18,355 bases of DNA, from IMG/VR virus record IMGVR_UViG_3300043399_000596; one strand, written 5' to 3'. This document shows, piece after piece, positions 1-7,383 of this stretch (position 1 is the first letter of the stretch; each line of letters starts with the position of its first letter). Both the position numbers and the translations under genes were made by a program. The notes beneath the pieces were generated by a model. It worked only from the letters and a program-made list of their open reading frames with translations, searched no databases and was not told the DNA's origin. Source of the DNA: a virus (taxonomy: Duplodnaviria > Heunggongvirae > Uroviricota > Caudoviricetes).

Positions 1-230
1 GTTACAAAATCGACTATACCTAATATGATTGCAAATATAATATAAGTATGTCCGGCTACAAATAATGCACAAATAATTGTACCTAACCCATGCTTAGCAC
101 TATGCATGAGTCCATGATAGTTTCCGTAGATTCCTTTTCCCTTTACTTCAATATCTGATTGATTTACAAAATCAATATACCAATGCTTGATTTGGAGAAG
201 TAATAAGAAAACAATAATTTCAGTAGTCAT
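1..230 (-). CDS. DUF3307-like membrane protein (3' end runs off window; not in ORF track)
   Basis: Manual translation from ATG 230 (ATGA overlap with upstream gene): MTTEIIVFLLLLQIKHWYIDFVNQSDIEVKGKGIYGNYHGLMHSAKHGLGTIICALF...; the H-x-x-x-D-F-x-x-Q and H-x-x-x-H pattern in hydrophobic helices fits DUF3307. Confidence 0.7.
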   Translation of the reverse strand, partial: MTTEIIVFLLLLQIKHWYIDFVNQSDIEVKGKGIYGNYHGLMHSAKHGLGTIICALFVAGHTYIIFAIILGIVDFV

Positions 231-466
231 CGTCTTTGTGGAGTATAGTCAATATTAGGTATGGGCGAGTAATCAGGAATCAAACTGTTTCTAATGTCGT
301 CACCGTATTTTAATGTTATGTAACTTAGAATTTTTTCATCTTCCTTGATTCCAATAATCAAGTGATTAGCCCAAGATATCTTTTCGTAAATAAGTTTTTT
401 AAGATTAGGATCGAGTAGTATTTCTTTGAAATCATTATTTTCTCTGTAAAAAGTAATGTACTTCAT
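227..466 (-). CDS. hypothetical protein (79 aa)
   Basis: ORF track 227..475; ATG at 466 overlaps upstream TGA (ATGA), so 466 is the likelier start. Confidence 0.75.
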   Translation of the reverse strand: MKYITFYRENNDFKEILLDPNLKKLIYEKISWANHLIIGIKEDEKILSYITLKYGDDIRNSLIPDYSPIPNIDYTPQRR

Positions 467-663
467 TTTTTCCATAACGTAAATGCAAATGCATCTTTGT
501 CGTCCCTAAAATAAAATCTATATGAGCCTGCCTCATTGCCGGCTTGCTCTATTATCTCGTAATTCCAGTTATTTGTACAGTTACTCTTTGCCCATTCAAC
601 TATTGCACCGAGTTCGCCGTAACCTAGATTAACATCAACTTTATTCCATGTATCTTGTAACAT
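463..663 (-). CDS. small hypothetical protein with C-terminal F-x-D-D-K-D-A-x-x-F-x-L-W motif
   Basis: ORF track 463..672 begins at GTG; ATG 663 preferred; ends with ATGA coupling. Confidence 0.7.
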   Translation of the reverse strand: MLQDTWNKVDVNLGYGELGAIVEWAKSNCTNNWNYEIIEQAGNEAGSYRFYFRDDKDAFAFTLWKK

Positions 664-1156
664 TGACCCCACTCTTTTCCAAAAAATCTACTCCGTTATT
701 ATCGCGGTAGGTATCACGATAAAAGACGTTTTTGATTCCTGCCTGAAAAATCATTTTCGCACAATGAATGCAAGGTGCTGTAGTACAAAACATAGTCGCT
801 CCTTCGCTAGATTCCGTACTACCGGACACTTTAGCGATTGCGTTACTTTCTGCGTGTAATACCTCGTCACGTGTAACTAAACGATATCTACGTATTGCTT
901 GAAATTCTTCAACATATTCCTCATGCGGGAACTTTTCTAAAATTTCGTTCTCAGGCATGAATCCTGCTTTAGCAGCATTCATGTACTCTTTATATTCACA
1001 TTCATTGGGCCAGCCTGTTGGCATACCATTGTACCCATAACTAAGAATGCGATTATCCTTAACTATAACTGCACCTACTTGTCTGCGAACCGCATGACTA
1101 AGTTTACCTGTGCGTTCAGCTACATCCATGTAATAATTTATATACTTCTGTTTCAT
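641..1156 (-). CDS. cd: dCMP deaminase (cytidine/deoxycytidylate deaminase family)
   Basis: HAESNA and PCIHC zinc-binding motifs, N-terminal RRQVGAVIV and YGYNG; start ATG 1156 in ATGA overlap. Confidence 0.92.
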   Translation of the reverse strand: MKQKYINYYMDVAERTGKLSHAVRRQVGAVIVKDNRILSYGYNGMPTGWPNECEYKEYMNAAKAGFMPENEILEKFPHEEYVEEFQAIRRYRLVTRDEVLHAESNAIAKVSGSTESSEGATMFCTTAPCIHCAKMIFQAGIKNVFYRDTYRDNNGVDFLEKSGVNVTRYME

Positions 1157-1401
1157 TCTACGTATTTGCAATAAGCTATGTGAGTCAATACATCTTCGTC
1201 ATTGCTAAACGTATATAGCACTCTGTCTCGGATGTTAAATTTTTTAGCAAATGCCTCTCCTAATTTTATGCCCTTTAATTTTTGAAAGATATACTCTTTA
1301 TAAAAGGTGTCGAAATCCTCTTGAGAAATTTTTGTTGCCCCGTAATCTCTAAATGTTTCACGAGATAGTTCAAACGTCATTTGATCAAATACTGCCGACA
1401 T
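1153..1401 (-). CDS. hypothetical protein (82 aa)
   Basis: ORF track 1153..1518 trimmed to ATG 1401, just after upstream TAA at 1403. Confidence 0.7.
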   Translation of the reverse strand: MSAVFDQMTFELSRETFRDYGATKISQEDFDTFYKEYIFQKLKGIKLGEAFAKKFNIRDRVLYTFSNDEDVLTHIAYCKYVE

Positions 1402-1402
1402 A

Positions 1403-1939
1403 TTAATCCCAAAGATTCCTATAATACTTGCCGAACAGTTCAAGACCTTCTTGAATTCGTTTTTCATGTAACATATGTCCTGCATGGTCATACCAATGTT
1501 CGTCTGGATTTTTATCAACCATTTGATATGTTTTTTCCATTTTACCTGTTATGGGATTTGGATACAAAGTAGAGGTTTCTACCCATTCATATTCACCCAC
1601 GCCATGGTGGTATTTTTTATCATACTCTTCCATTGCGAGTTGTTGAAATGACCAAATTATTTTGTTCAGTATTTCATCCCAACGTTTGCATACTTCACTA
1701 AAAGCCTCATTATATGTTTCTTTATAAAAGTCAAAGCTACTTTGGTCTGCGTAATCTTCGCCGCCTATGTCTTTAGTAAGTTCATTGGGTACACTATTAC
1801 TGCGTTCCTTAAGTTGTAATAGTGCAGGATAAATGATTTTAGCTAATGTGCTATCAAGGTCCCAAGTATCAAACCCCTCTATCTCTACTGAGATTTTTCG
1901 GTGTCCGGTTTTGGGCCAGTTTTTAATGTTTACTTTCAT
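1403..1939 (-). CDS. hypothetical phage protein (DTWDLDSTLAKII motif)
   Basis: 178-aa ORF, ATGA-coupled to upstream gene. Confidence 0.8.
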   Translation of the reverse strand: MKVNIKNWPKTGHRKISVEIEGFDTWDLDSTLAKIIYPALLQLKERSNSVPNELTKDIGGEDYADQSSFDFYKETYNEAFSEVCKRWDEILNKIIWSFQQLAMEEYDKKYHHGVGEYEWVETSTLYPNPITGKMEKTYQMVDKNPDEHWYDHAGHMLHEKRIQEGLELFGKYYRNLWD

Positions 1940-2298
1940 CCGGTGTACTCTTTAGAAAGTCCGTTTACAAACATGAATACTTTGTTGCGGTGAATCACAG
2001 TTGCTAATGCAATATTTTTATAATCCTTAGACAGCTTAGCTAGTTCTTCAAGTGTAGAACCTTGGCAGATGAAATTATGCGTTTCCCGTTCAAACAAATA
2101 AAGAGTGTTGTTGATTTCTTCGATTTCTAATTTATAGATTTCAGTAGGTTTCTGTTCTTTTATAACAAAATCTTCACCTACATCAATGCCCTCAGCTTTA
2201 GCAGCTTCTTTGAAGAACTCTCTAAGCCTCCAAACAGTTACCATACTTCCGATAAAGTACCCTATAAATCCCGCGAGAACTAGAAGAAGTAGCTCCAT
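1936..2298 (-). CDS. hypothetical protein with N-terminal membrane anchor
   Basis: 120-aa ORF; hydrophobic first ~22 residues. Confidence 0.8.
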   Translation of the reverse strand: MELLLLVLAGFIGYFIGSMVTVWRLREFFKEAAKAEGIDVGEDFVIKEQKPTEIYKLEIEEINNTLYLFERETHNFICQGSTLEELAKLSKDYKNIALATVIHRNKVFMFVNGLSKEYTG

Positions 2299-2302
2299 AT
2301 TC

Positions 2303-2608
2303 TTATTTAACTAGGGTGAGTGTGGGTTTGTTATTAGATTCGTTACTTACTATGTCGTTCTCTAACAAAGTAATAGGGAACACATACGCATTATCAGTAG
2401 AATCTTTATTAAAGAATTTATCAAGTAGGCGACGACCAAAGCCTTTATGATTACGAATAGGCACAACGACTAGATTAGTGAGAAGGTATTCAGTATTATC
2501 GTTATTTAGGTAGCCGTTTCGATTTAGCCAATACAACACTTGATGACTATGCTCCGTCAATGTTGCACCGTATTCTTCTACACTGAGTACAAATTCTTCG
2601 TACTTCAT
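2303..2608 (-). CDS. hypothetical protein (101 aa)
   Basis: ORF track; GGAG 7 nt before ATG, ATGA overlap. Confidence 0.8.
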   Translation of the reverse strand: MKYEEFVLSVEEYGATLTEHSHQVLYWLNRNGYLNNDNTEYLLTNLVVVPIRNHKGFGRRLLDKFFNKDSTDNAYVFPITLLENDIVSNESNNKPTLTLVK

Positions 2609-2724
2609 TCTTCAACTCCGTGATATTTTAGTTGTGGTTTACGCCACAACACCCATCCAATATACAAACCCTGCAACCATCCAATTGCTAGGCAAATTAA
2701 AAGTAGCCAATCATTTTGTGTCAT
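2605..2724 (-). CDS. 39-aa single-TM peptide ending GVEE (not in ORF track)
   Basis: MTQNDWLLLICLAIGWLQGLYIGWVLWRKPQLKYHGVEE; fills the gap exactly, ATGA overlaps at both ends, GGAG SD. Confidence 0.75.
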   Translation of the reverse strand: MTQNDWLLLICLAIGWLQGLYIGWVLWRKPQLKYHGVEE

Positions 2725-2990
2725 TCTTCAACTCCGAAATGTTCTTTAATCGCATCTGCACAATCAATTGGAGTAAAGTCTTGATCTTCGGAAGACCGCC
2801 AATAATCATATTCTTGTTTTTTACACAATTCCATACATTCCTTGACAATCAACTCGGCGAACTTTTCAATAAAATTTGCAGGTACTTCGTAAGAACTATC
2901 ATCTGTTGAGACAATCAAATTCAATTCATTTTCACTATCAAAAGACAATTGACCAGCTTGTTCAGCTAATTTTGCAACTAGTTCATTCAT
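2721..2990 (-). CDS. MNE..KLAEQAG / EKFAELIV.EC / IKEHFGVEE family phage protein
   Basis: 89-aa ORF; last 31 nt identical to the gene ending at 18223. Confidence 0.85.
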   Translation of the reverse strand: MNELVAKLAEQAGQLSFDSENELNLIVSTDDSSYEVPANFIEKFAELIVKECMELCKKQEYDYWRSSEDQDFTPIDCADAIKEHFGVEE

Positions 2991-3199
2991 ATGATTTTCT
3001 TTTCCTGGACAAGAGTTTCAAAACAATTAAACAATTCTTCAAACTTCATTTCATATAATGTTTTCATACCAAGCAATGCATTGGCAATGTCATCGTTGGT
3101 CAAGTCACTATCCATAACACTGCGATACAGTAAATCAATATCATCAGTTACATTCCAGCACTTCATAATATCTTGTTCAAGTGTGAATCGATCAACCAT
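2987..3199 (-). CDS. hypothetical acidic protein (70 aa)
   Basis: ORF track 2987..3229 trimmed to ATG 3199 (MVDRFTLEQDIM), just after upstream TAA. Confidence 0.75.
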   Translation of the reverse strand: MVDRFTLEQDIMKCWNVTDDIDLLYRSVMDSDLTNDDIANALLGMKTLYEMKFEELFNCFETLVQEKKII

Positions 3200-3200
3200 A

Positions 3201-3731
3201 TTAGTCTTTCTTTTTGCTTGCCATTGCAACTACTTTTGGTTCAATATATCGTTTGTGGTAATCTTTGTAGTTCTGTAGATAATTTTCCCATTGAATCCAT
3301 TGTGTCTTAGCTTTTGTTTTGTCAACCAAGAAACCCCAATCACGTTGTTGTGGGCCCATAAAGAAAAGCGTAGTTGCTGGACCAACGCTTTCGTCAAGTT
3401 CAAGCCAGTGATATTCACCAGCACCACGCTTGATGATAGAACCAGGGCCGCGCCAAGTACTAAATTCAGCAATCTTTTTACCTTGTTTATCAAAGACAGG
3501 TGTGTGTTCCCAGTAGCCACCTTTAAGAACAATAGTCATATAAGGCCAAGGATGGTCGTGAAAAATAGGATCGTCAGACTTAACGATTTTGTGAAGTGTC
3601 AAATTAAAAGGGAACCACTTGCGGTCTTTCAGAAACAAGTAGTATCGGTGCATATAGTCTTCACCTGTGCGACGGTCGGGAATAAGACGATAGCGACCTA
3701 GCTTGTTCATTACTTTGTGAAAGAGACCCAT
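3201..3731 (-). CDS. cupin-fold protein (HDHPW motif)
   Basis: LHKIVKSDDPIFHDHPWPYMTIVLKGGYWEH...GSIIKRGAGEYHWLEL fits cupin motifs 1 and 2 (H-x-H...E...H); SD AGGAG and own promoter. Confidence 0.7.
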   Translation of the reverse strand: MGLFHKVMNKLGRYRLIPDRRTGEDYMHRYYLFLKDRKWFPFNLTLHKIVKSDDPIFHDHPWPYMTIVLKGGYWEHTPVFDKQGKKIAEFSTWRGPGSIIKRGAGEYHWLELDESVGPATTLFFMGPQQRDWGFLVDKTKAKTQWIQWENYLQNYKDYHKRYIEPKVVAMASKKKD

Positions 3732-3759
3732 TGATTGCTCCTATAGAAATTGATACACA

Positions 3760-3788
3760 ATTATAGCATACTTTTTAATTTAACACAA
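3760..3788 (-). promoter_or_regulatory. sigma70-type promoter with extended -10 for the cupin operon
   Basis: Minus strand TTGTGT-17 nt-TATAAT with TG-C immediately before -10. Confidence 0.6.
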
Positions 3789-3792
3789 GTAG

Positions 3793-3816
3793 GAAAAGGG
3801 CACAAATGCCCTTTTC
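3793..3816 (-). terminator. rho-independent terminator hairpin
   Basis: GAAAAGGGCA-4 nt loop-TGCCCTTTTC, 21 nt past the stop of the wHTH gene. Confidence 0.75.
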
Positions 3817-3836
3817 GTTGCTTATCTCTACTGAGA

Positions 3837-4091
3837 TTAGGCTTGTGCGGAAAGCGCACGATAGCCTGCGGCGATGATTGCGCGGCTAGGAGTACCTAAA
3901 CGATACTTGGTAAAGGTTTCACCACGCTTGTTGGTACGCTTGTTTGCGTAAACTGCGTAACCAGAGAAACGAAGATCGCTTACGGTTGCAGTAGGATTAG
4001 CAATGCCAAAACGTGCAGTAATTTGTTTAGCGGTGAGTTGTTCACCTTTTTGAAGTGCCTCTAAGAGGGCTTGAGATTTAGTCGTATTCAT
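3837..4091 (-). CDS. winged helix-turn-helix DNA-binding protein (84 aa)
   Basis: Start ATG 4091 after AAGGAAAAAG; LLEALQKGEQLTAKQITARFGIANPTATVSDLRFSGYAV followed by beta-wing ...TKYRL. Confidence 0.7.
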   Translation of the reverse strand: MNTTKSQALLEALQKGEQLTAKQITARFGIANPTATVSDLRFSGYAVYANKRTNKRGETFTKYRLGTPSRAIIAAGYRALSAQA

Positions 4092-4137
4092 AACTTTTTC
4101 CTTTTTAAATGAATCGTTGCTCTCACAACGTACATAA

Positions 4138-4166
4138 ATTATACGATATTGTTTTCTATTGTGCAA
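4138..4166 (-). promoter_or_regulatory. sigma70-type promoter for the wHTH gene
   Basis: Minus strand TTGCAC-17 nt-TATAAT. Confidence 0.7.
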
Positions 4167-4190
4167 CACATATTGGACACCTGATTTCAT

Positions 4191-5039
4191 TCAAATGTCC
4201 AAAAACTTCAGTTGGAACACATCTGCTTGAGAATCCCAGCCTGAATACCCTCGAGGATTACACACAATTCGTGTAGAACCGATGTAGTAGTCGAAGGGCA
4301 TATGGGTATGTCCATGAGTCCACAACACAATCTCAGGATGATCCATAATGAACTCATCCAAATTACTGTGATAGCCACCATTCATCAACGTGTCACGTGC
4401 GTAATCAACATGGATACTTTGATGGCTTGGGCTATGATGGCCAACAAATACAACCTTACGGTCCTTCATATCAGGAAGGATTGCCTTCAGGTAACTAATA
4501 GTTTGTTGGTGCCGATACATTGCATGTGCAGGCCGCAGTTTGGTGAACCCATGTTCGTCATTTCGGATGATCTTAAAATCGTTCATCATGTCATTGATAG
4601 CATGAAGTGTCAAAGGATCGCCCTTGTTCATGTCAGTCCACAGTGTGGCCCCAATGAATGTCACATCATTGATAACTTTAACATCACGTTCCAGAAAGTA
4701 AACATTGGGAAACACCGCACATTCTTCACGAAGGTGATCCAAACTTTGTTTCCAACGACCATGATAGAACTCATGGTTACCTGCAACATAGATAACATGC
4801 GGGAACGCTTGACTACACCGCTTTAAGAATTCACGAAAGCGAAGGGCAGTGTGTTGTCTACGACCCAAATCCTCAAGAGCACCTACAGTGTACGGATTGT
4901 ACTCAAAATGCTTGTGGTTGTGTAGGTCTTCGGCGATCATAATGTCGCCTGACAGGATAAGGACTTCTGCACCTTCTGTATTCTGAAGGTCTATATCCTG
5001 AAACTCTAGGTGTAGGTCTGAACAAATTGCGATTTTCAT
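4191..5039 (-). CDS. calcineurin-like metallophosphoesterase
   Basis: SDLH, GDI, GNHE, HH and GHTH motifs in order. Confidence 0.92.
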   Translation of the reverse strand: MKIAICSDLHLEFQDIDLQNTEGAEVLILSGDIMIAEDLHNHKHFEYNPYTVGALEDLGRRQHTALRFREFLKRCSQAFPHVIYVAGNHEFYHGRWKQSLDHLREECAVFPNVYFLERDVKVINDVTFIGATLWTDMNKGDPLTLHAINDMMNDFKIIRNDEHGFTKLRPAHAMYRHQQTISYLKAILPDMKDRKVVFVGHHSPSHQSIHVDYARDTLMNGGYHSNLDEFIMDHPEIVLWTHGHTHMPFDYYIGSTRIVCNPRGYSGWDSQADVFQLKFLDI

Positions 5040-5045
5040 AACGTG

Positions 5046-5074
5046 ATTATGACACCAAAAGTAGATTGTGTCAA
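5046..5074 (-). promoter_or_regulatory. sigma70 promoter placing +1 on the ATG of the phosphoesterase (leaderless)
   Basis: TTGACA-17 nt-CATAAT-CACGTT-ATG; no SD possible. Confidence 0.7.
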
Positions 5075-5076
5075 GT

Positions 5077-5370
5077 TTATTTCATAATCAATTCTTTAAG
5101 TTTCTTAGCAGTGATAACTTCGTGGATACCCTTAACTTCTTTTTCGGTCAATTCATATTCAACGACTTCCCAATCTGCTATACGATTGCGACTACCATGG
5201 TCATTCTTACTATACCAATTATCGTTGTTCATTACACCAGTAAGAAAGGTTCTTAGTTGACCAAGTGATGCAAACATACGACCAGTTTTGTCAAAACTCT
5301 GGTAAGCAGGGGTACCCTTGATGTACTTTTCAGGATCGTCTTTGTATCTGATTTTGTAATATGTTGTCAT
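5077..5370 (-). CDS. hypothetical protein (97 aa)
   Basis: ORF track 5077..5454 trimmed to ATG 5370 (MTTYYKIRY), ATGA overlap. Confidence 0.75.
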   Translation of the reverse strand: MTTYYKIRYKDDPEKYIKGTPAYQSFDKTGRMFASLGQLRTFLTGVMNNDNWYSKNDHGSRNRIADWEVVEYELTEKEVKGIHEVITAKKLKELIMK

Positions 5371-5582
5371 TGCCACACCAATAAAAAATGTAAGTATTCT
5401 TTTTCGTCTTGAAAACAGTATGTGTTTTCGACATAACCTGGTACAACGTGCCATTTAGGTTCGTAATACCCACCGTGATATAATTTTTCTCTCATCCATT
5501 CTACCCGAGGGTCAGGATCTTCGCCCAAGTCCTTCATTGTGACTTGGTGTGGCCAAATACTTTTGTTCAATACTCTTGGCAT
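5367..5582 (-). CDS. small hypothetical protein with C-terminal F-x-D-E-K-E-x-x-x-F-x-L-x-W motif
   Basis: 71-aa ORF packed between neighbours. Confidence 0.8.
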   Translation of the reverse strand: MPRVLNKSIWPHQVTMKDLGEDPDPRVEWMREKLYHGGYYEPKWHVVPGYVENTYCFQDEKEYLHFLLVWQ

Positions 5583-5583
5583 A

Positions 5584-5793
5584 TTATCTTATGTCCAATT
5601 GCCTACGCTGTGACTTACCGCAACATCCACATGAGCGATATTGTTCAACGATAGTATAAGAACCTCGTTTATTCATACCAATCTTACCCCATTGTAGCCA
5701 AGTGTGTATACCGAAAGCACACCACCATTGATTAGTAGCAAACAATGGTTCATCCTTCAACGCTCTCGCTGTATTTTCATGTTCAATATTCAT
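5584..5793 (-). CDS. small Cys/His protein, DUF1660-like putative Zn binder
   Basis: C-x-x-G-x-H-x-W ... C-x-C-C-G pattern; ATG 5793 in ATGA overlap. Confidence 0.55.
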   Translation of the reverse strand: MNIEHENTARALKDEPLFATNQWWCAFGIHTWLQWGKIGMNKRGSYTIVEQYRSCGCCGKSQRRQLDIR

Positions 5794-6104
5794 AGCCAAC
5801 TATGACAACTCCATGTGTTGAGATAACGCATACTTCCAGTGACACCAAAATGTCGTTTGTAGAAAGCACTGTATGCCTTGGCCCAACGTTTTTGTACAGG
5901 CTTGGGTGAATGACAAGCAAGGTAATGTAGACGGCCAAACTGCTTAAAAATAGTTTTCTTGTTAAGTCTGTAGCCGGCAGGATACCACTCTACACGACTT
6001 TGCCAGTTGTAGTTATCAGTGCGTCCATACTTCAACCTTTCACGCATAACACTCTTGGTGTTCATAATAGAATTAGGGCGAAACTTGTTCGGTACCGTAT
6101 TCAT
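5790..6104 (-). CDS. basic hypothetical protein (104 aa)
   Basis: ORF track; ATGA-coupled both ends; K/R rich. Confidence 0.75.
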   Translation of the reverse strand: MNTVPNKFRPNSIMNTKSVMRERLKYGRTDNYNWQSRVEWYPAGYRLNKKTIFKQFGRLHYLACHSPKPVQKRWAKAYSAFYKRHFGVTGSMRYLNTWSCHSWL

Positions 6105-6220
6105 TTGGAATTATCCTTTGCGTTTTTGTAAACCTTCTTAGCAATACGCCAAATAGGTTCGATGATAAAAATACCCCAGATTACTCCAGTCACAAACATT
6201 GTAAATTCATTTAATGTCAT
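6101..6220 (-). CDS. 39-aa single-TM peptide (not in ORF track)
   Basis: MTLNEFTMFVTGVIWGIFIIEPIWRIAKKVYKNAKDNSK; ATGA overlaps at both ends. Confidence 0.75.
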   Translation of the reverse strand: MTLNEFTMFVTGVIWGIFIIEPIWRIAKKVYKNAKDNSK

Positions 6221-6579
6221 GATAGATTTTCCACATGTTTACATTTATGTCGAAATACGAAACCTGGGCAAGTGCATGTGTACTTAGAACCTACTTTTTC
6301 GATGTAATATTCTTTACCATTAGAACCTTGAACTGTGATAATATCCTTCTTTGGTTCTTCTTTCTTACCAAAATAAACACTGTCAGGTTCGCCCTTCATG
6401 TCAAGTACCTTGAACTTACGACCACGAACATCAATGCGAATCGGGTTTTTGAACTTGAACAGACTTTTAGTACCTGCACGAATGTAACCTACCATAGAGG
6501 TCTTATCTTCGTTCAGATAATAGATGTGATTGGTAGCGTTAGCATCCGACCACTCAGTAACCTCTTGGTAGTATTTCAT
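6217..6579 (-). CDS. protein with C-terminal SWIM-type zinc finger
   Basis: YTCTCPGFVFRHKCKHV matches C-x-C-x(n)-C-x-H. Confidence 0.8.
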   Translation of the reverse strand: MKYYQEVTEWSDANATNHIYYLNEDKTSMVGYIRAGTKSLFKFKNPIRIDVRGRKFKVLDMKGEPDSVYFGKKEEPKKDIITVQGSNGKEYYIEKVGSKYTCTCPGFVFRHKCKHVENLS

Positions 6580-7070
6580 TCAGTAACTTCCTCTTCCATA
6601 GCCTCTTGGCGCAGTACCTCAATGTATACTTCCATCAGAGGCTCATACTGATTGCCGTGATCGGAAACATACCACACAGCCTCGCCGTTTACTTGACGCA
6701 GGATATAGTCGTATTCTTCGAATTGAGCATTTACTTTGTAGTCGGCAAAGTCCTTGAAGTAACGAGCCTTGATATTTTTCTCGCCGCGGTCACGACCGTA
6801 GAACTTACACATGTTACCATATTGTTTACGATGTTCCAACCATTCGGGAGTGTCAAAACGATGGGGGTTATCAAAGGGATGCTTGACACCAATCTCAGCA
6901 GCCAAGCTAGACAGGTCACCTTGGTCGATCAGGTCACGCAGTTTGAAGGGATCCGTGTAATGATCCATCAGGATCTTACCGTTATGTTTCAGATAACCGT
7001 CCCAGTGACAATAGACCTGAGCAACAGAACCGTCAGCGAATTCCAATGCGATAGTAGAACGAGTACCCAT
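6576..7070 (-). CDS. phage protein with MGTRS...YCHWDGY motif
   Basis: ORF track 6576..7091 trimmed to ATG 7070 after SD AAAGGAG. Confidence 0.8.
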   Translation of the reverse strand: MGTRSTIALEFADGSVAQVYCHWDGYLKHNGKILMDHYTDPFKLRDLIDQGDLSSLAAEIGVKHPFDNPHRFDTPEWLEHRKQYGNMCKFYGRDRGEKNIKARYFKDFADYKVNAQFEEYDYILRQVNGEAVWYVSDHGNQYEPLMEVYIEVLRQEAMEEEVTE

Positions 7071-7078
7071 TTGCAATG

Positions 7079-7131
7079 CTCCTTTAATCAATCAATACAA
7101 GTATTATATGCCCAAAAAGATTTATTGTCAA
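7079..7131 (-). repeat. promoter-leader-RBS cassette, copy A (53 bp, 1 mismatch to 7384-7436)
   Basis: Direct comparison: first 39 nt identical, one a/c mismatch, next 13 nt identical. Confidence 0.95.
7094..7131 (-). promoter_or_regulatory. early promoter P1 with palindrome over -10/+1
   Basis: TTGACA ATAAATCTTTTTGGGCA TATAAT ACTTGTATT. Confidence 0.9.
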
Positions 7132-7134
7132 ATT

Positions 7135-7377
7135 TTAGGCAGAGACTGCCTCGCTGAACCAGCCCTCACGTTCGATTTTACGTTTGGCTGACAGCATAGA
7201 TTTACGATGTGCCATGAACTCAGGAGTCAGTTTAGCATGGATACCGCCCAGAGCAGTCATTGCCAACAGAGCGGCGTCACGTTTTGCATACGTTTTTACT
7301 GCATTCAGGGGAATTATAAATTGACGACCAGAACCATCTGCATTCTTGAAAACGGGGCTTGTGTACAGAACTTTCAT
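7135..7377 (-). CDS. basic hypothetical protein (80 aa) bracketed by direct repeats
   Basis: ORF track; SD AAAGGAG. Confidence 0.8.
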   Translation of the reverse strand: MKVLYTSPVFKNADGSGRQFIIPLNAVKTYAKRDAALLAMTALGGIHAKLTPEFMAHRKSMLSAKRKIEREGWFSEAVSA

Positions 7378-7383
7378 CAGAGA

